Notes under the pieces: generated by a model | Told to the model about the DNA's origin: nothing | The model's input: the letters and a program-made list of their open reading frames with translations, nothing else | The model's database searches: none | Part shown: in pieces, positions 12,798-27,477 of the stretch | Numbering within the stretch: the stretch's first letter is position 1 | How the letters are laid out: every line of letters begins with the position of its first letter | Position numbers and translations under genes: made by a program | Assembly (NCBI RefSeq): GCF_009914755.1 | Contig: NC_060930.1 | Length of the DNA stretch: 64,000 nucleotides | Origin: the human T2T-CHM13v2.0 reference genome, Homo sapiens | Strand: one strand, 5' to 3'

Positions 12798-14420
12798 GAT
12801 CAACACACATCAATTATAAACTATCAATGAAGCAATGAACACTTTGAAAAAAAAAATTAAGAAAACAATTCCAATTACCTGGGTACTACTGATGCTGTGA
12901 CTTACATGCCCCAAATAATTTAATGTTAATAGAGACTGAAGTTTGTAAACGTGAAGAAAAGGAAAGCCTTAATGGCCAATACACTGGGAACTGGGTATAA
13001 CTCTTAGTTTATCTCATCTATGTTGGAGTCCTCTAGAGAGTGACAGCTACTGATATCATTAAGGTATGTGGTGATTAGGAATTAGAGTGCTTTATTTTCT
13101 TCCAAAATTTATGGAGTTGGTCTGTACCTGGCTCTGTACATTACACAGGTAAACATGCACCAAATATGTTGAGCAAGGAACACAATTCTAGCGATCTCTT
13201 CTAATTTGGAATGCTGTAAATACAACCTACGCTTGCTCTCAAAGCATTTCTTATGGGTTCTCCAACCTTTTGCCCCTTCATCCATTCAAGGATTGCTGAT
13301 ATTCTTAGGCAGAAGGGAAGTGAAGCCAAAAGTGACATTCCTTCCCTCATCTACTCATCTAGTTCACTGCTCTATGGTCATATCAAAGAAGCTGGGAAAC
13401 CTCTGGTATATTGATAAAAATAAATGAGAAAAGGAAGGCTGTTTTCCTCTACCTGCTAAAACAGTATAACTATCAGTTTCTCAATTTTTTTTTTTTTTTT
13501 TTGCCATTCTATTCATCTACGTATATCAAGGAAAGAGACCCTAATAGGAGCTAGACTCTTCTTTTAAACACTTGTTTTCTAATTGTCCTTCTTAAACCTA
13601 CCCGATGTGCAGATGACATAACCATCACCTAGGGCTGGCTCAAGGTCACATGCAGGCCTCTGAAAAATGCATTTTGGCATTACAACCTTGGAGAAAAAAT
13701 CACCCACAAAGCAACCTTGGAGCAGTGACTTAACAGCAGATTTTTCTTCTTGGTGACTGAACTTTGGAATTGAAAGAGGCAGAAGAACAGTGGAGAGGGG
13801 ATGTAGGGTAGGATACAAAAATGGCGAGACCAGACTGCCTGCCTGCCTCATATACAGATAGAAGATGCAAAATGCACCACAGTGAAATTACTAATAAGAG
13901 CAACAAATACTCAAAGCTGCAATAACAAAGATTTCCTATATTTTCATGCTCAATTCAGACAAAATTTCTTCTTAAATACAATAAAGCCAATTAAAAAAAA
14001 TTTATATTGCAAAAATCTGGATTAGGGAAGTTAATAAATATTTAAGAACTAATTATGCTTCTTTTTCTCTACACCTTTGCCATTACTAGTGATCTCCCTG
14101 GAATGTCCTCCTTTTGTCATATCCCTATTGAAAATGATGCTTAGGAAAAGTATATGTACTATATATTCCCTGATTACTAAAGTAATCACTATTCATTGTA
14201 GAAAATTTGGATAATATATTAAAAACAAAAGGAATAAGGAAAAACATTCCATCCTTTATCTTATTACAACTGTTATCTTTTTTCCATATCTCACCTTGTA
14301 ACAGAACCTAATAAGAGGTTGGATATAGGGAATGAAATACAAAGAAAAATTTAAAATCACACCAAGTATTTGGAATTGGTAAGTAAGATAAAAGTTGTGG
14401 TCATGATAGAAAATGTATAC

Positions 14421-14675
14421 CTTTTTTTTTTTTTTGAGACAGAGTCTAGCTTTGTTGCCCAGGCTGGAGTGCAGTGGCATGATCTAGGCTCACTGCAATC
14501 TCTGCCTCCTGGGTTCAAGCGATCCTCCTGACTCAGCCTCCCAAGTAGCTGACAAGTACAGACAAGCGCAACCACACCCAGCTAAGGTTTGTATTTTTAG
14601 TAGAGACAGGGTTTCACAATGTTGGCCAGGCTGGTCTCAAACTCCTGGCCTCAGGTGATCCACCTGCCTCGGCCT
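14421..14675 (-). mobile_element. AluS, 5'-truncated
   Basis: Antisense Alu with poly-T. Confidence 0.9.
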
Positions 14676-17309
14676 GAAAAGGTATGCTTTAAAAAGTTAA
14701 CTACACCAAGTTGATCTTCAAACGACCAATTTTGTAGTGATTGTTATACCTACCAAATAAAAAAAAAAAACTATGCAAAAATACACCATAATTTTTACTA
14801 TGCCCATGCAATTTCCTGTCATCAAAAGCATGAATTCTTTGTGCTGTATATCAAGTAAAGTCAATTATGACTAACATTTCTTTAGTATTTGGAAAAGGCC
14901 ATATGACACCACAGTCTTGCTAATACATACCCCTGAATGGCCAGGAATGCAGAGCAGATCTTAGGAGCAACTACCGCTATAACCATTATATGGTATATCA
15001 TAGCATCCACAAGATCGTGGAATCTATTTTTAAGAATATCCTGCACCAAGGCAACCAAAGCAAAAATGAACAAATGGGATTACATCAAGGTAAAAAGCTT
15101 CTGCACAGCAAAGGATATAATCAACCAAGTGAAGAGACAACCCACAGAGTAGAAAATATTTGCAAACTACCCATCTGACAAGGGATTAATAACCAGAATA
15201 CATAAAAGCTCAAAAAACGCTACAGGAAAAAAATCTAATAATCTGATAAAAAAAATGGGCATAAGATTTAAATAGACATTTCTCAACAGAAGACATACAA
15301 ATGGCAAACAGGCATATAAAAAAGTGCTCAACATTATTGATTATCAGAGAAATGCAAATCAAAACTACAATGAGATATCATCTCATTCCAGTTAAAATGG
15401 CTTATATCTAAAAGACAGGCAGTAACAAATGCTGGCAAGGATATGGAGAAAAGGGAACCCTTGTACACTATGGATGGGAATGTAAATGAGTACAATCACT
15501 ATGAAGGGCAGTTTGGAGGTTCCTCAAAAAACTAGAAATTAAACTACTATATGATCCAGCAATCCCACTGCTGGGTATGTACCCAAAAGAGAGGAAATCA
15601 GTATATCAAAGAGATATCTATACCCTTATGTTTGTTGCAGCACTGGTTATAATAGTTAAGATTTGGAAGTAACCTACGTGTCCATCAACAGATGAATGGA
15701 TAAAGAAAATGTCGTACACAATTGCAAAGATGAAGGGGACGTTACCACTGATCCCACAGAAATAAAAACAGCCATCAGAAACTACTACGAACACCTCTGT
15801 GCACACAAACTAGAAAACCTAGAAGAGATGGACAAATTCCTGGACACATACACTCTCCCAAGACTGAACCAGGAAGAAATTGATTCCCTGAACAGATCAA
15901 TAATGAGCTCCAAAATTAAATCAGTAATAAATAGCCTAAAAACCAAAAAAAGCCCAGGATCATATGGATTCACGGCCAAATTCTACCAGATATAAAACAA
16001 AGAGCTGGTACCATTCCTACTGAAACTATTCCATAAAATTGAGGAGGAAGGACTCCTCCCCAACACATTCTATAAGGCCAGCATTAGTCTGATACCAAAA
16101 CCTAGCAGAGACACACACAGAAAAAAAGAAAACTTCAGGCCAATATCCTTGATGAACACCAGTGCAAAAATCCTTAACAAAATACTTGCAAACCAAATCC
16201 AGCAGCATATCAAAAAGCTAATCCATCATGATCAAGTAGTCTTCATCTCCGGGATGGAAGGTTAGTTCAACATACCCAAGTGAACAAATGTGATTCATCA
16301 CATAAACAGAACTAAAGACAAAAGCCACATGATTGTCTCAATAGATGCAGAAAGGCTTTTGATAAAATTCAACATCCCTTCATGTGAAAAAAACTCAGTA
16401 AACAAGATATTGAAGGAACATACCTCAAAATAATAATAACCATCTATGACAAACCCACAGCCAACATCATACTGAATGGGCAAAAGCTGGAAGCATTTCC
16501 CTTGAAAACCAGCACAAGACAAGGATGCCCTCTCTCACCACTCTTATTCAACACAGAATTGGAAGTCTTAGCCAGAGCAATCACACAAGAGAAAGAAATA
16601 AAGGGCATCCAAATAGAAAGAGAAGAAGTCAAACTATCCCTGTTTGCAGATGACATGATTCTATATATAGAAAACCCCATAGTCTCGGGCCAAAAGCTCC
16701 TTCAGCTGATAAACAACTTCAGCAAAGTTTCAGGATACAAAATCGATGTACAAAAATCACTAGCATTCCTATACACCAACAACAGCCAAGCTAAGAGACA
16801 AACCAGGAAGGCAATTCCGTTCACAATTGCCACAAAAAGAATAAAATACCTAAGAATACCTGTACACAAAACATCCCGTTCTCACTTATTTGTAGATCTA
16901 AAAATCAATACAATTGAACTCATGGACACAGAGAGTAGAATGATGGTTACCAGAGGCTGGGAAGGGTAATGGGATAATGGGGGATGGTAGTAGGGGACTG
17001 GTTGAAAGATCTCCACAACAAGAATTACAAAACACTGCTCAAAGAAATCAGAGATGACACAAACAAATGAGAACACATCCCATGCTCATGGATACAAAGA
17101 ATCAATATCATTAAAATGGCCATACTGACCAAAGCAATTTACAGATTCAATGCTATTCCAATCCAACTACCAATGATATTCTTCACAGAACTACAAAAAA
17201 CTATTTTAAAATTCATATGGAACCAAAAAAGAGCCCATATAGCCAAGGCAATCCTAAGCAAAAAGGACAAAGCTGGATCCATCACATTACTTGACTTCAA
17301 ACTATACTA

Positions 17310-17678
<369 letters not shown>

Positions 17679-18720
17679 GGCACATAGACCAATGGAACAG
17701 AATAGAGAGTCCAGAAACAAGACCACATACCTATGACCATCTAATCTTTGACAAAGCTGACAAAAACAAGCAATGGGGAAAACATTCCCTACTCAATAAA
17801 TGGTGCTGGGATAACTGGCTAGCCATATGTAGAAGATTGGAATTGGACCCCTTCCTTACACCATATACAAAAATCAACTCAAGATGGATTAAAGTCTTAA
17901 ATGTAAAACCCAAAACTATAAAAACTCTGGAAGATAACCTAGGCAATACCATTCAGGACACAGGAATGGGCAAAGGTTCCATGACAAGGACACCAAAAAC
18001 AATCACGACAAAAGCCAAAATTGACAAGTGGGATCTAATTAAGCTAAAGAGCTTCTGCACAGCAAAAGAAACTATCATTAGAGTGAACAAGCAACCTACA
18101 GAATGGGAGAAAATTCTTGCAAACTATGCATCTGACAAAGATCTAATATCCAGCATCTATAAGGAACTTAAATGTACAGGACAAAAACAACCCCATTAAA
18201 AAGTGGACAAAGGACATGAACAGACACTTTTCCAAAGAAGACATACATGCAGTGAACCAGCATACGAAAGAAAGGTCAATATCACTGATCATGAGAGAAA
18301 TGCAAGTCAAAACCACAATGAGATACCATCTCACACCAGTCAGAATGGCAATTATTAAAAAGTCAAAAAACAACAAATGCTAGTGAGGTTACAGAGAAAA
18401 GGGAACACTTATACATTGCTGGTGGGAGTGTTAATTAGTTCAACCATTGTGGAAAGCAGTGTGGCAATTCCTCAAAGAGCTAAAAACAGAACTACCATTT
18501 GACCCAGCAATCCCATTACTGGGTATATACCCAGAGGAATATAAATCATTCCACCATAAAGACACATGCAGACGAATGTTCACTGCGGCACTATTCACAA
18601 TAGCAAAGACGTGGAATCAGCTTAAGTGCCCATCAATGACAGATTGGGTTTTTTTTTAAAAAAAGGGTACATATACACCACAGAACACTATGCAGCCATA
18701 AAAAAAAAAATGAGATCATA

Positions 18721-19023
<303 letters not shown>

Positions 19024-20529
19024 GAGATCATGTCTTTTGCAAGAATATGGATAGAGCTGGAGGCTATTACTATCCTTGCAAACTAACTCAGGAAGAGAAA
19101 ACCAAATATCGCAGGTTTTCACTTATAAATGGGAGCTAAATGATGAGAACTCATGAACACAAAGAAGGGAACGCTGGGGCCTACCTGAGAGTGGAGGATG
19201 GGAGGAGGGAAAGGAGCAGAAAAAATAACTGTTGGGTACTAGGCTTAACACCTGGGTGATGAAGTAAGTTGTACAACAAACACCTGTGACATGAGATTAC
19301 CTACATAACAAACTCACACATGTACACCTGAACCTAAAATAAAAGTTTAAAAAAAGAAAGAAAATGTGGTACATGTACACAATGGAATACAATTCAGCCA
19401 TAAAAAAGAATGAGACTCAGTCATCTACAACAACATGGATGGAACTGGAGATCATTAGGTTAAGTGAAATAAACCAGGCACACAAAGACAAAACACTACG
19501 TGTTCTCACTTATTTGTGGGATCTAAAAATCAAAACAATTGAACTCATGGACATAGAGGGTAGAATGATGGTTACTAGAGGCTGGAGAGGGTAGTGGGGT
19601 GTTAGGAAGAAGGAGGGATGGTTAATGGGTACCAAAAGAAAAAAATGAATAAGACTTACTATTTGATAGCACAGTAGGATAACTATAGTCAATAACTTAA
19701 TTGTATATTTTAAAATAAAGACTATAATTGGATTGTTTGTAACTCAAAGGATAAATGCTTGAGAGAATAGATACTCCATTTTCATTGACATGCTTATTTC
19801 ATATTGCATCAAAACATCTCATATACCCCATAAATATATACGAGTACTATGTACCCACAAAATTTTTTTTTAAAAAGAGAGTATCTTGCCAAAAAAGAAA
19901 AAAAAGAATATCCTGCTATTGGTTTGAGAGGTAAAGTAAGAGGTAAAATAAGAGGGCTATAATGTGTTATCTTGTCTGATCGCAGGACTCAAATACAGGT
20001 TTTTGAATAAGAACTTGGAAATTAATAAAAGTTAATGAGGTGAGTCAGGTAAGACTGGAAGATTATTTTATGCAACAGAAAATAAGCACTGTAGACTCTG
20101 GTTGTATTTGGTGAGAAATCCTCTTTGAAAAGCCAGAGCCTTCAGAGTCAGCAGCCATTGGAGGCCCAGGTTCCCAGACAGCAGTATCTATGTATGAGAC
20201 TCAGGTCCTGAGCTGGGGTGCAGACTCCCTGAATATCTCCTGAGGTACGACTGCAGTCTCTCACATAGTGATCTCTATTATGTCAGTCCTTGAATGGACC
20301 TAATGTTCTGCCAATCACACATTCTCCTGTAATTCCTAAATTAGTTACCTAACTCAAGCATAATTCAAAGACTGAAAATAATTTCAATTAGCTATTTTGG
20401 ATATAGACACCTACATTCTATTTTTTTCTTCATTTCTTCCTTTCACACCTAAATGTACTGTGAAAGAATGAAAAGATACAAATATGTTACCTAAGAGTTC
20501 CTCCATTATGTACTCTTCCCCTCCTCCTA

Positions 20530-20880
20530 CCACAAAGTCATTATTAGATCCTAACAGTTCTACTTCCAAAATACATCATGATGTCTGCACTTACCTCTAT
20601 TTCCATCACAACCACCCTAATGCAAGCCACCACCATCTGGCATTAGGCCTAGGACCATTGTAGTAGTCTCCTAACTGATCTTTCGGCTTCCCCTCATGCT
20701 GTGCCACAATTCATTCCTGAATCAGTAGCCAAAGTGGTCATCTCAAAACATAAATCATAACAGAACCCTTGCTTGCAGCCTGCCGATGGTTTCCCACCAC
20801 ACATGTACAGGAGGAAAAAAGTCAAACTCTTCTCTGTGGCCTTCAGAGTTGTATCTGATCTGATTCCCACTCCTGATTTA
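20530..20880 (+). mobile_element. L2 fragment
   Basis: L2-like tagtctcctaactgatc and tcagtagccaaagtggtcatctcaaaacataaatca. Confidence 0.55.
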
Positions 20881-22475
20881 AGCTGGCAGCCACTTTCACC
20901 AAATGAATCAACAACCAACCACCAGAGGCAGGAGAGGAAGCAGCACTAGCTGAAAGAGGCCAGTATCACACAAGCTGTATAGGTAGAGGCTTTGTGCAAA
21001 ACACATAAGGAATTTGAATTTCTAAATACACTGAGTTGTCTTAAAGGAAGGTACCCCAATATAATGAATCATCTAACAGTCAAGTTATAACATTGTGCCA
21101 AATTCAGTAAACACTCCTTTCTTTGTAGGTAATGTAGAACCAGTGAAGGGATTTAAGTAGAGGAATAACTTGATCTGACTTGCATTTTAGAAATTAAAAT
21201 TCTGGTTGCACTGTGGAGGATGTATTAGATGAGATTTGATTAAAGAACAGCCAAAGGCATCGAAATACCTCAGGAAAAGAGCCCTGTGCTTCCTAACACA
21301 AACCTTGGGCTGGAGAACTGATACCTGACTGAAGAGCTATTTGGGTCATACATACACTCAGCAAGGGAAGCTGGTGGTTGCTTGAAAGTTAGGGGAGAGG
21401 TGCCCTCTCTCAGTTGTTGAGTCTGTTAATGAGGTCATGCACCTCTACAAACTTCATTCTATCTTCAATCAAGGTTTATACTTTACAAGTTATAGAGGAC
21501 TTGTACAGCACCTGCTAACTGAAATTACTCACATACCCCCCAGACAGTGACCTGCTATTTCAGATAAACCTGAGCTGGAATGGGCTATTATAACTCAGGC
21601 ACCTCTGACTCCTGTGTTTATAGCTCTGTTCTTAGGTCCTATCTTCCCAGCAAAGCAGGCACATCTAAAAACACATCACCCCAAATTTCTCTATGTAACA
21701 GCCTAACGCCAATTGTGCTTAACCACTTTTCTGCCCAATGACCAAGGGGATATTACACTTCCATTAATACCTTTTGATCACTATGGCAATATTTTCAATT
21801 TAGGGTAGAGGTAGGATGTAGTATAAGAATCACTAAGTGGCCCTTTAAAAAGACTACACATTCATTCCCATTCTCCATCCTATGGCCACCCACACACCCA
21901 CAAAGGGAGGTAACTGAGTGGAAAAATGATTGACAACCACCTGCTTTACTAAATACAAAGATAAGGGCCAATAAAATTAATTCAGTTATTAGAATATTAT
22001 GCCAACCTGTTTTTAAGAATTCTGAAACAGAGTAGTATTATCCCAAACAGAATTCTTAGAGAAGCGTCTGTGTTTTAAAATACTTTTCTGTTGTTTCCTA
22101 TGGTGATAAACATTTTCAAGTCCCAATCTACTTCTCAGCAGGCACTACACATAGTTTAATGAGACGAATATTACGATGTGCTCCCTACTGAGAAAATCTC
22201 AGTGCCATAATAAAAGGATATGAAGTTAATGTAATGAAGTTTTAAGAAAAAACCTTAAAGTTCTCAACATTCAAATCCTTTAGAGAAAAAAAAAATCATA
22301 TATAATTTAATGACAACCTTCCCAATACATTTATCTTTCTACTATCCCATCTCCACTATTTTTTACAGAAAACGAAAACACTGTATGTAACCCTAAAAGG
22401 GAAGCTGAAATAAATGACTGAATTACAATCAAAATGAATCACGCTAGCTTAGCAATTATATACAATAATTCAGAA

Positions 22476-22824
22476 TTGTTTTAGTCTGTTTGGGCTGCTA
22501 TAACAAAAATACCATAAACTAGGTAGCTTATAAACAACAGAAATTTATCTCTTACAGTTCCAGAGGCTGGAAAGTCCAAGATCATCAGCAGACTGGGTGG
22601 CAAGGGCCTGTTCCGTAGTGATGGTGCCTTCTATGTGTTCTCACATGGCAGAAGTGGCAAATAAGCTCCCTTGGACCTCTTTTATAAGGGAAGTAATCCA
22701 TTCATGAGGGCTCTTTCCTCATGACCTTAGCACCTCCTCAAGGCCTCACCTCTTAATTCTATTACACTGGGGATTAGATTTCAACATATGAAGTTTGGGG
22801 GACATAAACATTTAGACAAGAGCA
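22476..22824 (-). mobile_element. MaLR LTR (MLT1A-like)
   Basis: ttagtctgtttgggctgctataacaaaaataccata...ggggacataaacatt. Confidence 0.8.
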
Positions 22825-23065
22825 AGAATTTCCTAAAGTGTGACATAAGAAGGGACTTTAGGTAATCAATATTTTTATTTGATATGTATGCATTTATCTT
22901 AACCGTCACTAAACCTAAGTGGCCCACCAAATCTGTGAAGTTATATGTTACTGCTTAGGATAAAATTAAAGTAGGCAGAGAAATTCACATAGACTTCTTG
23001 CCTTATAGGTCCTATACTCAGGAATATTCACGCTTTGAGTCTTGAGTAACTGAGCCTTGTGACAA

Positions 23066-23850
23066 TTTTTTTTTTAATAACAGCTTTGAGATATAATTTA
23101 TGTAACATAAAATTCACCCCCTTTAAAGTGTACAATTCAGTGGGTTCTAAGCACATTGACAAAGTTGTACAACCATCACCACTACCAAATTCCATAATAT
23201 TTTCATTGCCCTAAAAGGAAACACCACAGCCATCAGCATTTCTTCCCACTCCCCCTTCTCCTCACAACCCCTCTCAACTACTACTCTACTTTCTGTCTCT
23301 ATGGATTTGCCTATTCTGGACACTTCAGAGAAATGAAATCATACAATATTTAGCCTTTTGTGTCTGGCCTCTTTCACTTAGCATAATGTTTTCAAGATTA
23401 ATCTACATTGTAGCATATATCAGTATTTCATTCCTTTTTATGGGCAAATAATATTCTATTGTATGGATATACCATATTTTATTCATTCATCAGTTGATGT
23501 AACAGTTGGGTTGTTTCCATTCTTAGCTATTACAAATATGTAATGCTGCTGTGATCGTTTGTATATAAGTTTTTGTGTGGATGTATGTTTTTAATTTCCT
23601 TGGATATATACCTAGAATTGCTGGGTCATGTGGTAACTGTTTAACCTTTTGAGAAATTGCCAAACTGTTTACCAAAGTGACTGACTGCACCATTTTATAA
23701 ACCCACCAACAATGTATAGGGGTTTTAATTTCTCCACATCCGTGGCAACACTTCATTGTCAATTTTTTTATTACAGCCATCCTAGTGTGTGTGAAGTGGT
23801 ATCGCACTGTGTTTTTTATTTGCATATCCCTAATGACTACTGATGGTGAC
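23066..23850 (-). mobile_element. L1MB-like 3' end
   Basis: Antisense L1 3'UTR (cagctttgagatataatt, ctatggatttgcctattctggaca). Confidence 0.8.
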
Positions 23851-25184
23851 CTAATTCTTTGAAAGTATGCACAGTAAACATGCTATATATCTCTGGTGTA
23901 AAATCTCATATACTGCATTTCTTTGGGTATCACAACATACTTTTTTAGCCCTCTGATACTGTCTGTAATGGGTATGACTTATTATGGGCTTCATCTACCC
24001 TTTTCAGCTCCTGTCTTGGCTACCTTCCCAAAGGCATGCCCCTTGCCTAATAAATCTACCCTCTTCTTCCTCCTCCTACAAAATCCACAATCTCCACTTT
24101 TCTGGGGCCTGGCCTTTATTATATCTCTGCTCCCCATCTTGATAACAGATATGATAAACACATGCAGAAGAGTTTAGATTTGATGTGGTAAATAACAAAG
24201 AGAATATGAGTATTTATACAGGGTATATTTATTAGTACTACCATATCACTAAGCAGGATAAACTGAAATAGAAGAGCCTGAAAGGAAACTTTGCAAAAAT
24301 AAGGTCTACATTGATTCCTACTTGGGGAAATGGAAAAGGAAAATCTAAAAGATATTTCAAAGAAAGAAGTGTAAATACTTAAAAGAAAAAAGAGGAAATT
24401 TTAATTCAAATGTTCTATTCTAAAAGATTTCATTTAAGATAGGGTCAGACAGAAATGCTAGATTGAGACAAGAAACTAGGTTTTTGGTTTATTTGTTATT
24501 TGGGATATGGGGGATGTCTGATGAAGAAGAAGATTAATTAGATTTTGGACACGTAGTACTGAGGTCATAGCAGACATCCAGGTAGAGATGACAGTCATAA
24601 AAGATGAAATAGACAGAAATTTCCCAAAACAAACCTAGGGTTCTATCGTCCCACAGTAACATTTTATGCTTACTAGAATACACTTCTTGTCTTATCCATG
24701 GACATTACTTGGCATTGGGCATCAAATTTACTGGCTACTAAATCATGGTTCTAATGGTTCTAGCACAGTTCATCAACTCACTGAAATCCTCAAGTAGCTC
24801 CAAAGACTAATGCTATTCATGTAACCTACTAGGAACTTCCTTTCCAAAGTGATGTAAATTGGGATGTTCACAACATGCCAAGCATTTATACATGATAGAA
24901 TGAAGCCAAGAGACAAGAGAAGAAAAGCCCAACCATCACAAACATTCTGTAATGGAACCACTAGACCGCTAACCTCCTTAGAACCTCCCTGCCAAGGAAC
25001 TATATCCCATATAAGCCTGGTCTGGTGGGCACTCACCACTGTGTACTAAAGATGTGACTTTCTTCCTTTCTGACACAACTACTACTCATGTCACCATCTG
25101 CCCGTTTCTCAAACAAGCTAACAGGATAGAAATAAGAACTTAATCATATTGAGAAATTTATTCCACAGTATGTTTAAGAATTAA

Positions 25185-25300
25185 CCCATTTATGCCGAAG
25201 GTTGCAATTTTTTGAATTTTTGGAATCAGACCTTGAGCAGTAGGATATAAATAATTCACATGCTTAGCATTTCAATAATGGAACAAAAGGCATAAATGAG
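25185..25300 (+). mobile_element. MER85 piggyBac (PGBD3) MITE
   Basis: TTAA on both sides (25181-84, 25301-04), TIRs cccatttatgcc / ggcataaatgag, body gttgcaattttttgaattttt...gagcagtaggatataaataa. Confidence 0.9.
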
Positions 25301-25656
25301 TTAATTAATGTAGTCTATCTTGAAACCAATAAATGCTGCTGCCCAAATACACACATACACACTATTACTAATGAAGTAAAGATCCAAATCTTGGAAGTAA
25401 TAATCCAATGGCCTTGAAATTATGGTCCTCTTTCTTACTGTTCCAATAGGTAAAAGACTGGGAAGTGTCTAAGCAGTGACAATATCCAAAGTGCACATGA
25501 TTATATAGTGTAAATTCTAAATTTCTGCTATGCTTACAATATAAAAGTCTTTCTTACTACCATATATCTAAGAATTCCTTTGTTTGACTACAGGACTGAG
25601 GAAAAGCAACCCTGTTAATTTAGAGATTCTACATTTGTGTTTAAAATGGCAAAGAA

Positions 25657-25972
25657 GGCTGGGCGCAGTGGCTCATGCTTGTAATCCCAACACTTTGGGA
25701 GGCCAAGACAAGAGGATTGCTTGAGGTCAGGAGTTCAAGACCAGAATGCTCAGGGTAGTGAGACCCCCAACTGTACAAAAAAATTTTTTTAATTATTCAG
25801 GTGTGGTGGTGCACACCTGTAGTTCCAGCTACTCGGGGGAGCTGAAGCAGGAGGATCACTTAGACCCAGGAAGTGGAGGCTGCAGTAAGCCGTGATTGAG
25901 CCTGTGCACTCCACCCCAGGTGACAGAGGGCAACCTTGTCTCTAAATATAAATAAATAAATAAATTTAAAAT
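25657..25972 (+). mobile_element. AluJ
   Basis: Diverged full Alu; TSD aaaatggcaaag. Confidence 0.9.
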
Positions 25973-26078
25973 AAGAGAAAATGGCAAAGGAGAGGTCTTT
26001 CTTAATGACGCATATCACATTACATTACCAACTCTCTTCTGTGTTTTTTTTTTTTTTACTCTCTTAAAAGTTTGTGGT

Positions 26079-26189
26079 GGCTGCTCTGATAGTAGTGGGT
26101 TATCAGAACACATTAACATTAGTGTTACTGAAGTTAGTATAAAACTCCCCCGCTCCTAAATGACTGGCTTTAAAAAAAAAAAAAAAAAA
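26079..26189 (+). pseudogene. Y4 RNA (RNY4) processed pseudogene with poly(A) tail
   Basis: ggctgctctgatagtagtgggttatcagaac...tgactggcttt aligns end to end with recalled hY4. A18 tail; TSD aaaagtttgtggt (26066-26078) / aaaactttgtggc (26186-26198) at a TT/AAAA L1 endonuclease site. Confidence 0.92.
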
Positions 26190-26374
26190 CTTTGTGGCTA
26201 ACCACTGAAAGAACTGTAAATATGGGTTAATGTTTTTCCCTATTCCCTGAAAGTGTACATTGTGGCAGACTATATTTCCCAAAGATGGCCACAATATTTC
26301 CCATCCCACATGCTCTTCTACAATGTGACCTGCCACTCTCTCATCAAGAAGTAGAGTCCAATTCTCCTTCTCTC

Positions 26375-26700
26375 TTTTTTTTTTTTTTTTTTTTTTTTTG
26401 AGATAGAGTCTTGCTCTGTCGCCCAGGCTGGAGAGCAGTGGCGTGATCTTGGCTCACTGCAACCTGTACCTCCAGGGTTCAAGCAATTCTCCTGCCTCAG
26501 CCTCCCTACTGAGCCTCTTGCCTCAGTAGCTGGGATTACAGGTGTGCGCCACCACATCTAGCTAATTTTTTTGTGTTTTTAGTAGAGATGGGGTTTTGCC
26601 ATGTGGGCCAGGCTGGTCTCAAACTCCTGACTTCAGGTGATCTGCCCACCTTAGTCTCCCAAAATGATGGGATTACAGGTGTGAGCCACCGTGCCCAGCC
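26375..26700 (-). mobile_element. AluS
   Basis: Antisense Alu; TSD caattctccttctct. Confidence 0.92.
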
Positions 26701-27131
26701 CAATTCTCCTTCTCTTAAATCTAGGCTGGCCTCAATGATTCACTTGTAACCAATAAAATGTGGCAAAAATGATAGTGAATGACTTCTGAGTCTAGGTCAG
26801 TAGGAGCCTGGCAGCTTCTTTCTCAGTTTCCGGAACACTTAGTCTCCAGGTGCTGCCATGCTATGAAAAGCCTAAGCTACAAGGAGAGACCTACACTGTC
26901 CTCCAGGTCCTCTGGTCTAGCATCCCAGCTGAGCCCAGCTTTCGAGTTATCCTGGTCTAGGTATCAGATGAGTAAAAAAGTCAACATGGAAGAGGATTCT
27001 CCAATTCCAGCTGTTTCCATCCCAGCAGGTCCAATTATACCCAGCCATTTGAGTCTTCCATTCTGAGGCTCCAAATAAAGCACACAGCTGTCTCTTCTCT
27101 GAATTCCTACCTCAATAATTTGTAACCATAA

Positions 27132-27477
<346 letters not shown>

